Assembly: GCA_041484665.1 (NCBI GenBank)
Contig: JBGPIA010000001.1
Span: 800,001 to 864,000, forward strand
Direction: 5' to 3'
DNA: 64,000 bases
DNA from: Candidatus Krumholzibacteriia bacterium
GTDB taxonomy: Bacteria > Krumholzibacteriota > Krumholzibacteriia > JAJRXK01
Below the pieces are notes generated by a model. It was not told where the DNA came from. It saw only the letters and a program-made list of their open reading frames with translations, and did not search any database. This document shows, one piece after another, positions 29,109-39,696 of this stretch. Position numbers and translations under genes: made by a program. The number at the start of each line of letters is the position of its first letter. The first letter of the stretch is position 1.

Positions 29109-30167
29109 CTACTTCTCCTTGTCCTTGCGCAGCTGCTCGAGTTGTTGCCGCAGCTCGTCGAGCTGGCTTTGGAGCTTCTCCAGTGACTCGTGAAGGTCCT
29201 TTTGATCGCTGTCGCTGCGGAACTCGTAGACGTGAGCGTCGGGCGACAGCTCCCGCATCCGGCCCAGGCCCCGCAGGCCGCGCAGCTGGTCCCGCAATGA
29301 GTTGGCCCAAGGCTCGTCGTTGCCATGGAACCGCTGGGCGTTGGGGAGGTCGGAGACCTCCACGTCATCGCCCATGCGAGCGCTCACCTCGACGTCCTTG
29401 TCCATGCGGTGCTTGTCGCGCATCACGGTCACCTTGACCTTGTCGCCGTCCTCGTGCTTGCCCAGCACGTCGTGCAGGCCGTTCCAGTCCTTCATCGCCT
29501 TGCCGTCGACCTCCACGATCACATCCCCCTCCTCCAGGCCGGCCTTCGCCGCCGGGGAGTCCTCGTGCACCCGGAGAACGAGCAGCCCCTCGTCGGTGCC
29601 GAAGTAGTGCCCGAGCTTCGGCGTGATCTCCTGCACCTCCACGCCCATCATCGGCGTCGAGGACATGAAGATCATCTTGCGCGGGCCGCGCTCGACACGG
29701 TCGGAGCGATCCGAGCGGTCAGAGCGATCGGCGTCGTCGGATTCGGCCGAGCGTTCCCGAACGCTGTCCGGGCGGCTGCCCAGGACGATCTCCGCCTTGC
29801 CCGCCTTGCCCTTGCGGATGAACTTGAGGGTGACCTTAGCGTCGGGCGCGAGCACGCCGATGGCGCTCTGCATCTCCTGAGGCTCGCGGACCCGCTCGGA
29901 GCCCACGGTGGTGATCACGTCGCCGCGCTGGATTCCGGCTTTGTCGGCGGGGCTATCCTTCTCCACCCCGCTGATCAGCACGCCGCGCTGATTCTCGGCG
30001 ATGCCGAAGGACTCCATGAGGTTCTGATCGAGGGCCTGGAGCTGGACGCCGAGATAGGCCGTTCCCTCTGCCGCCGCCGCGAGCCCGCTCCAGGCGAGCG
30101 CCGACAGCAGCAGGGCGGGCAGCAGCAGGGTCGCAGGCCGCCGGCCCAGAAGATTCTTGTAAACCAT
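29109..30167 (-). CDS. Secreted double-PDZ domain protein without a protease domain
   Basis: Signal peptide, two PDZ domains (YLGV..SPADKAGIQRGDVI and MGV..SPAAKAGLEEGDVI) and a C-terminal coiled coil. Confidence 0.88.
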   Translation of the reverse strand: MVYKNLLGRRPATLLLPALLLSALAWSGLAAAAEGTAYLGVQLQALDQNLMESFGIAENQRGVLISGVEKDSPADKAGIQRGDVITTVGSERVREPQEMQSAIGVLAPDAKVTLKFIRKGKAGKAEIVLGSRPDSVRERSAESDDADRSDRSDRSDRVERGPRKMIFMSSTPMMGVEVQEITPKLGHYFGTDEGLLVLRVHEDSPAAKAGLEEGDVIVEVDGKAMKDWNGLHDVLGKHEDGDKVKVTVMRDKHRMDKDVEVSARMGDDVEVSDLPNAQRFHGNDEPWANSLRDQLRGLRGLGRMRELSPDAHVYEFRSDSDQKDLHESLEKLQSQLDELRQQLEQLRKDKEK

Positions 30168-30396
30168 CGTCTGCCTCCTCCATCAGGCCGAGGATGTTCG
30201 TGCCGGGCGCCCGTCGGGGGCCGGCGCCCCCTCCACCATGCACCTCCTACGCTAGCGCGAGCGGCGAGTTCCACGGCCCACAGTCCACGGCAGGAGTGCC
30301 CATGACCCGAATCGCCGCCCGGGTTGCGCTCGACGGCGCGATGGCGCTAGATCAATGGTGGCCTCCCCCGGCGGCCACCTGACCCAGGAGCCCGCA

Positions 30397-31047
30397 ATGG
30401 CCACTGTGCCCAACGGCCGCGATCTGCCCGAGATCCCCGACTTGCCCGACCGCCGGGGCATGGCCCGCGGGCGCGGCCGTACCGACAGACCCGGCAGCGC
30501 CGCCTCATCCGACCGTCCTGATCGTCCCGACCGTCCCGACCGTCCCGACCTGCCCGGCAGGCCGGCTCTCCCTGATGCGCCCATCACGCTGATGCAAGCC
30601 ACCGGCCCGTCGCAGGTGGAACAAGCCCGCACCCTTTTCCGGGAGTACCAGGCCGACCTGGGGATCGACCTCTGCTTCCAGGGATTCCAGAAGGAGCTCG
30701 ACGGCCTGCCCGGGGAGTACGCCCCGCCGGGTGGGCGTTTACTGCTGGCGCTCGCGGGCGACGCCGTCGCCGGATGCGTGGCGCTGCGGCGGATCACCGA
30801 TCAGACCTGCGAGATGAAACGGTTGTTCGTGCGACCACAGCACCGCGGCAGGGGAATCGGCCGACTGCTGGCCGAGGCGGTGATCGGACAGGCGCGGGCG
30901 CTGGGCTACGACGCCATGCGCCTGGACACGTTGCCCTCGATGCGCACGGCGGTGGCAATGTACCGCGAGCTGGGTTTCGTCGAGATCGATCCCTACCGGC
31001 ACAACCCAGTCCCCGGCGCATTGTTCTTGGAGCGCACTCTGCGGTAG
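30397..31047 (+). CDS. GNAT family N-acetyltransferase with a PDR-repeat N-terminal extension
   Basis: Motifs DLCFQGF..EL..LPG.YAPP.G, CEMKRLFV, RGRGIGR and MRLDTL. AGGAG RBS before ATG 30397. Confidence 0.88.
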   Translation: MATVPNGRDLPEIPDLPDRRGMARGRGRTDRPGSAASSDRPDRPDRPDRPDLPGRPALPDAPITLMQATGPSQVEQARTLFREYQADLGIDLCFQGFQKELDGLPGEYAPPGGRLLLALAGDAVAGCVALRRITDQTCEMKRLFVRPQHRGRGIGRLLAEAVIGQARALGYDAMRLDTLPSMRTAVAMYRELGFVEIDPYRHNPVPGALFLERTLR

Positions 31048-31130
31048 GACATCCCGCAGCCGCCATCACACGAGTGGCGATCATCAAGGACGCGTGTGCG
31101 GGCAACGCTGGATCTCGCCCGGGGGGCTCG

Positions 31131-32140
31131 TTACGGGTGCCGCACGACCAGGCCCTGATTGGCTTCGAGCGCTGTCATGGTGGTTCTCTAGCCCGACGGC
31201 CAATCGACCGTCAACCGATCGACGCGCCTGGCCGTGCTCAGCCCGAAGTGCAGCGCCGCCGGGAATGCGCTGCCGTTCACCTGGCGTGGCCAATACTGGC
31301 GGATCTGCCGGCGGCGATTCCCGGCTCGTCCGCCGAGATCAGGCCCGCGCCCGCTGGCTGCGCGAAGTGCCTGCCTCCGGTGTTGAGGAAGGTCCGATAA
31401 CGCGACCGCATCCTGCCCCGGTGGGGTTGGAGCACGATCAGGTCGAGCGCTCCATTGTTGTCGAAATCAGCGGCCGCGCACTGCATTCCCGCGCCGTCGA
31501 GCGCCAGCATGGAATCGGCCGCTTCGGTGAAGTGCCCCGCGCGTCCGAAGAGCACGCGATTGCGGCGCGGCGGCGGGTCTGTGGCCGGGGCGTCGACTTC
31601 ACCGTAGTCGAAATAGAGATCGGGCCGGCCGTCGTCGTCGTAGTCCCCCCAGACGCCGGCCACCGGCGACCGGACGTAGGATTCCAGCGGCACCAGGTTC
31701 TACACGTAATCGCTGCGAGACCACTTCCCGGAGGCAGGCCCACCGCGTTCGAGCAGGCCAGCCACAGCCTCGTCGTCTGCTGGATCGACGCCGAAAACCT
31801 CGGACGCGCGGTCCCGCATGGGCGGGGGAGAGCGGAGGCAGTACGAGCGCATCGCGGTCTTGTAGTTGAGGACGAGCAGATCACGCGTCCCATCTCCATC
31901 GATATCGAGCATGAGAGCGCCCCGGCCCCGTCCGAAAGGATCCTGGATTCCCCACTGCAGCGCGACATCTCGCGCGTAGCCCTCCGCCCCGAGGTACAAC
32001 GCGTTGCTGTTGACGCCCTGACCTCGATCGGCGCCCACGAGGAACTAGAAGTCGGGAGTACCGTCGCCGTCGAGGTCGTCCACGAGGGTGGCGTGATGGT
32101 CGAGGATCCTGATCTGGGCGCCCCACTCGGGCAGCCGGTC
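31131..32140 (-). pseudogene. CRTAC1-like FG-GAP plus ASPIC/UnbV protein pseudogene
   Basis: FG-GAP motifs DLDGDGTPD, DIDGDGTRDL, DYDDDGRPDL and DFDNNGALDL. C-terminal LHFGL..VDRLTVDWPSG..ANQ lies in another frame. In-frame TAGs at 32045-32047, 31700-31702 and 31188-31190. No start or signal peptide. Confidence 0.85.
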
Positions 32141-32196
32141 GCAGCGATGGCGAGGGCCGGGATGATACAGATGCAGGCGCGCGTCGGCACCGGCGG

Positions 32197-34818
32197 TCAC
32201 CCCTTGCTCCCCGCGGATCGAGCCTCCGCCTTCGCCTTGCGGAACGGCTGGAAGCGGCTGGTCTTCTCGCCGGAGAGCAGGTCCTCGATGGTCACGACCA
32301 GCACGTAGCGACCGGGCGCAAGCTCCGCGATGTCCACCTCGCCGCCCTTCACCACGTGCCGCTGCGCGGAGATGCCGCTGGTCTCCTCGAGGAACGTCAC
32401 GCTCATGGGATCGATGCGATCGTTGCCGCCGCGCCGGAACGACTTCAGGGGCTTGCCCTTGTTACCGCTCTGACGGTCCCGGTAGATATCGTAGGTGACA
32501 TTGAAGCGCGTCTGGCCGTCCTTGCCTGTCGAGAGGTTGTACACCTCGTAATAGACATACACGTCTTCGGTCGCCTCGGCGTACACCCCGGCCGGAACGG
32601 GGATGATCCCATAACCGTGCTTGACGAACTCCACGGGGATCGGCAGTGGCGCAGAGCAAGGCGAGAACGTCGCCGCCAGCTGCAGGTCGGACAGCGCCAG
32701 CATCCCGGTGGTGGGCGGCTCGAGCACGACCTGGCTGCGCACGGCGCGGTGCCCGCCATCGCGCACGTCGGTGACGTCCAGAGCAACCTCGTAGTCTCCC
32801 GGAGGCAGGTCGGCGGCGAACTGCAGCAGCAGCGGTCCCTCGCCGTCGCGCGCCGCGGCATCCCCCAGCGCCCGCAGCAGGGAACCGAGGCGCCGTTCTG
32901 CACCCAGGGTGTGCCGCTCGTACTGGATGCGGTGGTGACCGCTGTCGAAGACCGCCAGCTCCACCAGGGCCAGCGCCGTGCTGTCCTGACGCAGGTCGGC
33001 GGGCAGCGGGAGCGGCGGACTGGCGGCGGTGGCTGGCCGCGCGAGGGCCGGCGTGCCGGAAGCTGCCGCCGCGGCCACGGCGGGCGGCCCCGGGGAGTCC
33101 TCCGGCTTCAGCGGCGTCACCGCGACGTACGCCTCCAGCGTGGAGCGGCCGGCACCGCGCTGGAATCCGGCGGTCACCACACCCACCGCCAGGGCGGGCT
33201 CGCGCTGTGGAGGCGGTTCCGCGATCAGCGGCACCTGCTTGCTGAAGGCGAGCAGGCTCTGGCGCGAGTCGCGCGTGGTCACCCAGCGCTTGTGGTAGGT
33301 GAGGTCGCGGAACAACAGCCCGAAGGCGTTGTCCGGCAGCCGGTAAATCCACATCCAGTAGCCCACGTGCTGCGAGACCCCAACCCCCAATCGCTCACCG
33401 CGGATCGGCGTGCCCTCGAACATGTCCAGCAGGTCGCCGAAGCCCGGTGCCTCGTAGCGAGTCTCCGTGGGAGGCCCCCAGCGGACCCACGCCATTCCGG
33501 GCTCGGTCTCCCAGCCGCGCCCCGCTCCGTGCTCCTCGCCAAAGAGCAGGTCCGCCTCCACCATCCGGCGCCAGAAGACCAGCCGATCACGGTTCGCCAG
33601 ATGGGTCGGCCAAGGGTTGCGGTCGCGCCACCACGCCTCCACGGCGACGCGTCGTACCGTGGTGTCCCTCGCCGCTTTCTTGAGGTTGATGCCGTCCTGC
33701 GGCTTCCAGTCGCCGTCTTGATGCTGCATGGCCGCCAGGAGCGTCGCGCTGTCGGCCACAGCCGCGTACCCGTGGCGCAGCGCGTCCTCCAGCACCAGGC
33801 CCTTGCCGAGCAGGAAGAGCTGCCGGGTCCAGGGATCCAGGCTGTCGAGCGCTCGGTGGAACGCTCCCCACGCGGCCTCATCCTGCTGCAGCGCGGTGCG
33901 CGCGGCGCCCGCGAGCAAGAGCCCGGCGGTGGCGAAGGAGTCGCTCGCTGCAAGGTGATCGCCGGTGCTGGCGGCTGCGGCGTACTCGCCTAGGATCAGC
34001 TCGCAGCCGCCCAGCCCCAACCACCCCGCCATCGAGGTGGAGTCGGCGGACACGGCCGCGGCGTACGCGTTACGCGCGCGGGTGAAGCGCTCGTGGTCGA
34101 GCAGCTTGCGACCTTCGAGGAACTCGAAGTGCGCCAGGCCCAGGTGCCCCTGCGCCTGGCCAGGAAAGGTCTTCGTGAGCTGGCCGTACCACCTCTCCGC
34201 TTGCCCCGGATACTGCATGCGCTGCGCCGTCGCCGCGCGCAGCCGGTACGCCTCGAACAGGGCCGGATCCAACGCGATGGCCTGGTCAAGATACTCGAGC
34301 GCCGTGCGCCGGTGCTTGAACATGTCGGTGGCCAGGTAGAGCTGCGCGAGGCGGAAGGCCAAGCGTCCGCGGTCCGGCGTCGAGGGCGTGGCCAGCAAAG
34401 CGTCGAGGCTGTCGATGCGGGCGAAGATCCGCTTCATCGGGAGCCCCTGGCCCTCCAGGGGTGGGTCGCTGGCGGGGGGCATCAGCCGCAGCGCCCCGGC
34501 AACTGCGGCGACGCAGTCGGCGACCGCCGCCGTGTCGGGCAGGGCAGCTGCATCGGCAAACGCGGTCGAATCGGCGAAGGCGGCCGTGCCGGCTGCGGTG
34601 GCTTTGTCGGCCGCGGCGGCTGTGTCGGCCGCGGCTGCCGCATCGGCGGGGGCAGCCGTGTCCGCAAGAGCCGAGCTCACGTCGATCGCGACGCGCTCCG
34701 CACCCGCGGCGATTTCGGTGAGGGCAGGCGCCCTCACGCGGTCGGCAGCGTCGCCCAGCGCGGCGAGCGCAGCGGCCGGCAGGATGAGCAGAGGCGCCAG
34801 GTTCCAGGCTCGTGGCAT
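32197..34818 (-). CDS. Secreted TPR plus GWxTD-domain protein
   Basis: Signal peptide, ADTAA-like repeats, TPRs, WW..R.PWP..N...FWRRMVEADLLF..GWETEPG.AWVRWGPP, and C-terminal Ig-like strands (LSDL.L, Y.YYEVYNL, PG.Y.L). Confidence 0.8.
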   Translation of the reverse strand: MPRAWNLAPLLILPAAALAALGDAADRVRAPALTEIAAGAERVAIDVSSALADTAAPADAAAAADTAAAADKATAAGTAAFADSTAFADAAALPDTAAVADCVAAVAGALRLMPPASDPPLEGQGLPMKRIFARIDSLDALLATPSTPDRGRLAFRLAQLYLATDMFKHRRTALEYLDQAIALDPALFEAYRLRAATAQRMQYPGQAERWYGQLTKTFPGQAQGHLGLAHFEFLEGRKLLDHERFTRARNAYAAAVSADSTSMAGWLGLGGCELILGEYAAAASTGDHLAASDSFATAGLLLAGAARTALQQDEAAWGAFHRALDSLDPWTRQLFLLGKGLVLEDALRHGYAAVADSATLLAAMQHQDGDWKPQDGINLKKAARDTTVRRVAVEAWWRDRNPWPTHLANRDRLVFWRRMVEADLLFGEEHGAGRGWETEPGMAWVRWGPPTETRYEAPGFGDLLDMFEGTPIRGERLGVGVSQHVGYWMWIYRLPDNAFGLLFRDLTYHKRWVTTRDSRQSLLAFSKQVPLIAEPPPQREPALAVGVVTAGFQRGAGRSTLEAYVAVTPLKPEDSPGPPAVAAAAASGTPALARPATAASPPLPLPADLRQDSTALALVELAVFDSGHHRIQYERHTLGAERRLGSLLRALGDAAARDGEGPLLLQFAADLPPGDYEVALDVTDVRDGGHRAVRSQVVLEPPTTGMLALSDLQLAATFSPCSAPLPIPVEFVKHGYGIIPVPAGVYAEATEDVYVYYEVYNLSTGKDGQTRFNVTYDIYRDRQSGNKGKPLKSFRRGGNDRIDPMSVTFLEETSGISAQRHVVKGGEVDIAELAPGRYVLVVTIEDLLSGEKTSRFQPFRKAKAEARSAGSKG

Positions 34819-34951
34819 CGGCGACCGGGAACGAAAGAGGGGACACGGTGAAGATACCGGACCCCTCCCTGCCGGGCCAAGCCCGCCCGTCCACTTGGGC
34901 CCCGCTCGCGTTGGGCCCCGCTCGCGCGCAGCGGCTTTGGCGCGACGGCCG

Positions 34952-35626
34952 CTAGAGCGTGCCGCCGCCCTTCTTCTCTCTGGTGCTATCGCCCTTCTGG
35001 CGGCCCCGCTCCCGATCGCGGTCCTGTTGCTGCGCCTCCTTGTCGATCATCCCTTGCATCTCGGGGATGTTGAAGTGATGGCTCAGCTTGCTGATCTTGT
35101 CGAACTCGAAGCGGCCCACGATATTCACGAAGACCGCCTGATCGTCCTCGCCCACAGCAACGATCGTCAGCCCCGAGAGCATCGGGCTCTCGCCCGGGTT
35201 TTGCTTGGCCCCGGGCTCCTCCATCTTCACGAAGACGCTGGCGCGCTCAGCGCGGTCCTTGACCTTCACGACCTGCTCCCAGTCCTTGTTGAGGAGCTGC
35301 TTGCTCCAGGTGTCGGACCGGCCGCGCAGCTCCTGCGCCTGCTGCTCGGTGCAATTGAAGACGTTCACGTCGACCAGCTTCAGCCCGGCCACCAGCCCGG
35401 CCAGATCGGGATCGTCCTCGCGCACCGCCCAGTCGGCCAACGACAGCAGCGGCTGCGTGAGGCGGACCTGCACCGTGGGCTCACCACCGAAGTATTTCTC
35501 GAGATCCCCGAAGTCGAAGTAGCCGGGCTCCTTGCGGAGCTCCTCGGGAGTGATGCCGGCCCACGCCGGCGCCGCCAGCGCGAGCGCTGCCACCACCACA
35601 CCCAGGTGTCGCATGATCGTTCTCAT
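34952..35626 (-). CDS. DUF4252-family secreted protein
   Basis: Signal peptide and PGYFDF, WEQVVKVKD and VFVNIVG motifs. Lies downstream of an ECF/anti-sigma pair. Confidence 0.75.
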   Translation of the reverse strand: MRTIMRHLGVVVAALALAAPAWAGITPEELRKEPGYFDFGDLEKYFGGEPTVQVRLTQPLLSLADWAVREDDPDLAGLVAGLKLVDVNVFNCTEQQAQELRGRSDTWSKQLLNKDWEQVVKVKDRAERASVFVKMEEPGAKQNPGESPMLSGLTIVAVGEDDQAVFVNIVGRFEFDKISKLSHHFNIPEMQGMIDKEAQQQDRDRERGRQKGDSTREKKGGGTL

Positions 35627-36408
35627 GTCTGTCTGTCCTCCTCCACTGCGGCTTGGATCGAGCCCGTTCGCTTCTCCGTCCCCGCAGCGCCCGACGGCGG
35701 ACGCCCGCCCCGGTCCAGCGCCTTGAGGAACGGATCGGCGATCGACGAGCGTACGTTTTCCTCTACGAGCGTGTTGGTCCGGTCCATCGTCTTGCCGACG
35801 ATGCCCAGCGCCAGCTTCACCTGCTCGGCAGCAGCGGCGGCCGCCTGGGCGTCGACCCGGGGTTGCACGCCGGGAAGCTGCGGCTGTTCGGTCGATGGCC
35901 CCGCGGCTCTCCGCGCGATCTGCACCTGCTGCGCGCGGCGCGCCAACATCGGAACGACCAAGAGCAGCAGGATCGCCGCCGCGACGGGGATCGCCACCCT
36001 GCTCCAGGCCGGCAGCGGGAGCAGCCGGGGGATGCGCCGGCCCACGCGGGGAGCACGGGACGCATCGCGCGCCCCTGCGTGGCGAGGCGCCTGTGTGGCA
36101 CGCTGCCTCGCCTCACCTCGGGCCGCCCCGGCGGCGGAGGAAGCCTGCGCGAGCTCGCGGTCGACCTGCGCGAGCACGCGCTCGACGACGACATCGGGGC
36201 ACACGATGGGGAGTGTGCCACGGACCATCTGCCGCACATCGGCAGCGTCCTGCGCCAGCGCAGCGCAGGCCGCACACTGCGTCAGGTGCGTCGCCAGTCG
36301 CGGCTCGTCGTCCTCGGCCAGGCGTCCGTCCAGGCCGAGCTCAATCCAATCCTGGACCTGCTCGCACGGGACGGGGGTCATGTCCGTGGGCTCGTTCGGC
36401 CGATTCAT
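35623..36408 (-). CDS. Zinc-finger (zf-HC2) transmembrane anti-sigma factor
   Basis: HLTQCAAC motif, a single TM segment, and ATGA overlap with the ECF sigma gene. Confidence 0.85.
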   Translation of the reverse strand: MNRPNEPTDMTPVPCEQVQDWIELGLDGRLAEDDEPRLATHLTQCAACAALAQDAADVRQMVRGTLPIVCPDVVVERVLAQVDRELAQASSAAGAARGEARQRATQAPRHAGARDASRAPRVGRRIPRLLPLPAWSRVAIPVAAAILLLLVVPMLARRAQQVQIARRAAGPSTEQPQLPGVQPRVDAQAAAAAAEQVKLALGIVGKTMDRTNTLVEENVRSSIADPFLKALDRGGRPPSGAAGTEKRTGSIQAAVEEDRQT

Positions 36409-36992
36409 GCCTGCGCTCCTTTGCTCGCGCGCTGCTCCAGCAGATCGCGAAGCCGGTGCCGGGCCCGGTGCAAGGTGACCTTCACCGAGGCCAGCGTCAG
36501 CCCGAGGTTGCTCGCGATGTCCTCGTACGTCATGTCGTGGACCTCGCGCAGGACCAACACCGCCCGCTGCTGCTCGGAGAGCTCCTGCATCGAGCGGACG
36601 ACCCAGGCTGCCTCCACCCGCTGCTCGATCTGCAGGGCACCCTGCCCGCCATCGCTGACCTCCAGCGATCGGGCCGACCCAGCGGCACCGGGGTCGTCAC
36701 GGCCCCCCACCGCTCGAGCGCGACCCGTCCCGGGGTCCTCCAGGGCATCCAGATGGGTGGCCTGGCGGACCTTGCGGCGGCGGTAGAGGTCGAAGCAGGC
36801 GTTGCGGCACACGCGCAGCAGCCAGCCTCGCAGCGCCCCCTCCTGCACCGTCCCCCCCACCCGCCAGAGGGTCAGGAAGACGTGCTGGGTGACGTCCTGG
36901 GCATCCTCCACGTTGCCGGACAGGTGCAGGGCGTACCCGTAGACCGCGTCCTTGTGGTCCTGCAGCAGGCTGGCGAATCGGTCGCGGTCCAT
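36405..36992 (-). CDS. ECF RNA polymerase sigma factor
   Basis: Region 2 (DAQDVTQHVFL, GWLLRVCRNACFD) and region 4 (LSEQQRAVLVLRE..YEDIA..SVKVTLHRAR). GGAGG RBS. Confidence 0.92.
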   Translation of the reverse strand: MDRDRFASLLQDHKDAVYGYALHLSGNVEDAQDVTQHVFLTLWRVGGTVQEGALRGWLLRVCRNACFDLYRRRKVRQATHLDALEDPGTGRARAVGGRDDPGAAGSARSLEVSDGGQGALQIEQRVEAAWVVRSMQELSEQQRAVLVLREVHDMTYEDIASNLGLTLASVKVTLHRARHRLRDLLEQRASKGAQA

Positions 36993-37072
36993 GGGTCCCT
37001 CCGCCCTCCTGATGCGATGGAAAGACGCGGGGGGGCAGGCCGGGGTTACAGGCTCGAGCCCGGGGACGGACC

Positions 37073-39562
37073 CTAGCCGCGAGGCTTCTTGCGCAATGCC
37101 TCCAGGTTGATCTGGATCGACACGCTCGAGCGCAGCAGATCCTCCAGCACCTGCTGCGACGGGCGGGTTGGCCTGGGCTCCTGCGCTCCCCCGGCCGGCG
37201 GCGGCGCTTGGGCCGGCGCCGCGAGCCCAGCAGGCGGTGTGGGGGCCGCGGGTGCGCCGGCCGGTCCCACCCTCCGGGGCGCGCTCTGCTCCTCCATCAT
37301 CGGCCACAAGGCGGCCCGCACGGGCGGCGGCAGGATCGACTCGAGGTACTCCAGCGCCGTGCCGCGCAGCTGTGGGTCGCTGGTGTGGAGCCCCTCGTAG
37401 GCGATCGCGAGCGGTTGCCGCGGATACACCAACGCCAGCAGCGTGAACAGGTGCTGCAAGCTGCGGCTGCCCCGCTCCCGCAGCACGTCGAGGGTGAATG
37501 GGCTGTCGTCGGCCTCGTCCGCTTGGTCCAGCAGCCGCTGACTCTCCCACACCGCCCGGCCGAGCGCCGTCTCGCGCAGCACCGCCTCGAATACGCGCTC
37601 ACGTTCGAACGCGATCGAAGGCGCGGCCCCCTGGATGCGGGCCAGCGCCCGCCCACACTGATAGCGCACCTCGAAGCGCCCGTCCTTCAAGCCCTCGAGC
37701 AGCCCGTCCACTGCGCGCGGAGTCGCCGATGCCGACAGCACGCGAGGCAATCGCCGGCGCACCGTGAACTCGACGCGGTCGTCCAGCAGCGCGTCCACGA
37801 TTTGCCCGCACAGCCGGCGTGCGTTGGCGCGCAGCACCGAGGTCGCCTCGGACGCCAGATCATCGCGGGCGAGCAACGGGATGACATGCGCTGCGACCGC
37901 GGGCTGCAGACTGCGCGTGCGCGCCAGCAGGCCGCGGACGCGTGATGGGTCGCCGCCGCGCAGCGCCGCGATCTCCGCGAGCAGCGGATCGGCAGAGGGC
38001 CCGCGGGCCCCGGCGGATCCGGCTGCAGCGGCCGCAGCAGTTGCCGCGGCCGGTCCAGTTGCCTTGCCCGGACCACTCCCCGCATCCACACCCGTTGCTG
38101 TGCCCGATCCTGCGGCGGCGTCCGCTGCGCGGGCTGACTCCGGCGCGCCGGGAGCACGCACCGTGGCGAGTCGCAGGCTGGTCATCGTCAGCATGACCGT
38201 CGCGCGCGTCGTGCTGTCGAGCGTATCGGTGAGGTCGACATCCACGGCGCGCAGCATGAGATTGCGCTCCAGTGCGCCGACGTAGCTACGGTGTAGACGC
38301 AGCGCGACCCAGGCGCCCGCCAGCGCCAGGGCGACGGCCAAGCCCGTCAGAGCGGGTAGCGCGACCGCCGGCAGCACCAGCAGCACGAGCCGGATCAGCC
38401 CACCGCCCACCGCATCGCCAGCGCGGTCCACTCCCACGTCGATCAGGGCTTTCGACGCGCGCTTCTCTTGAGGCGGCACGGGCGTGAAGAACAGCTCGAA
38501 TCCCGAGCGGAAGAGCGAATTGCGCAGCACGGCCTCCAGCCCGCGCGCCATCGCGCTGGAGAGCAGCCCCGGCGCGGCCAGGGACGCGGCCGCCGTCGCG
38601 GCTACGCCTGCGGGCAACAGCGCGACCGTTCGCGCCAGCCCCAGCCGCTCCAGGCAGACGCGGCTCAACGCCGCCTGGATCAGGAACGCCAGCAAGCTGA
38701 CGGCGACGTAGAAGAGCGCGAAGAAGCGCAGTAGCTCGTGCCCCTCGTACACGGCGACGGCGCGCGCTTTGAAGACGTAGTCCAGCAGGCCGGCTGCCAC
38801 GGTCAGCAGCGCCACCAGCGCGGCGACGTGGCGCAGGTACGGAGCCGTCGTCAGGGCACGGAAGCCGGCGCCGAGGTCCAGCGCCGCCCCGGACCGCTGC
38901 GCGCCCGGCGTCCCTGGCGTCGCCGGCGTCCCCGGTACGCGCAGTGTGCCCGCTGCGCCCGACGCACGGCTCGGCGCTGCGCCCGCCACACCGCCCACCG
39001 GCCGCACCACGCGCAGCGCGACCGCGCACAGCAAGTGCAGCATGGACAGCATCGGCAGCACCGCGAGCATCCCCAGGTGCGTACCCAGCCGCTCGGCGGC
39101 GATGCCGCCCAGCAGCCCGCCGAGGGTGCCGCCCGCGGCGATGCGGCCGATCTCCCGCTTCGCCGCGCGCGGATCGAACGTCTCACCCACCTGGGACCAG
39201 AAGCCGGAGATCAAGAGCGACCCGAGGACGGCGATCTCGAGGTACAGCAGCACCGACCCCACCGCGCGCGCCCGCAGCGCCACCGCCCAGGTCAGCGCCA
39301 TCAGAACTGCGCTCGCGGCGAAGGCGCCGGGGATCACCCTCGCCGGCCCCCATCGTGCCATCGCCCGCGAGGCGAGCAGTACGCCCGCCAGCGAGAGCAG
39401 CGCGGACACCACCAGCATCGTGGGCAGCGCCGTGACTGGGAAGCTGGACAGGAAGAGGCTGTCGCGCGCCGCCTTGCCGGCGACCTGATGGGCGATCATC
39501 AGGAAAGCCGCGGCAGTCGCGGCCGTGGCCGCGGGCGCTGGCCGGGCTCGGGCGTGATCCAT
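37073..39562 (-). CDS. Npt1/NTT-like MFS membrane protein fused to HEAT repeats
   Basis: GKAARDSLFLS, FW....E.FDPRAAKR and K.LID..V.R.GD motifs, about 12 TM segments, then HEAT-like helices. Confidence 0.8.
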   Translation of the reverse strand: MDHARARPAPAATAATAAAFLMIAHQVAGKAARDSLFLSSFPVTALPTMLVVSALLSLAGVLLASRAMARWGPARVIPGAFAASAVLMALTWAVALRARAVGSVLLYLEIAVLGSLLISGFWSQVGETFDPRAAKREIGRIAAGGTLGGLLGGIAAERLGTHLGMLAVLPMLSMLHLLCAVALRVVRPVGGVAGAAPSRASGAAGTLRVPGTPATPGTPGAQRSGAALDLGAGFRALTTAPYLRHVAALVALLTVAAGLLDYVFKARAVAVYEGHELLRFFALFYVAVSLLAFLIQAALSRVCLERLGLARTVALLPAGVAATAAASLAAPGLLSSAMARGLEAVLRNSLFRSGFELFFTPVPPQEKRASKALIDVGVDRAGDAVGGGLIRLVLLVLPAVALPALTGLAVALALAGAWVALRLHRSYVGALERNLMLRAVDVDLTDTLDSTTRATVMLTMTSLRLATVRAPGAPESARAADAAAGSGTATGVDAGSGPGKATGPAAATAAAAAAGSAGARGPSADPLLAEIAALRGGDPSRVRGLLARTRSLQPAVAAHVIPLLARDDLASEATSVLRANARRLCGQIVDALLDDRVEFTVRRRLPRVLSASATPRAVDGLLEGLKDGRFEVRYQCGRALARIQGAAPSIAFERERVFEAVLRETALGRAVWESQRLLDQADEADDSPFTLDVLRERGSRSLQHLFTLLALVYPRQPLAIAYEGLHTSDPQLRGTALEYLESILPPPVRAALWPMMEEQSAPRRVGPAGAPAAPTPPAGLAAPAQAPPPAGGAQEPRPTRPSQQVLEDLLRSSVSIQINLEALRKKPRG

Positions 39563-39696
39563 TCCGTCCTCTTCGCGCCCCGCAGCGACCTCGCGTGAGC
39601 CTCCGCGAGAGGCAGGTCTGGCGTTTGACTGTTCGCGTCGGACCCGGTCATTATACTGGCGGTTCCGCCCAGTCGATCCACTCCAAGGAGACCCCC

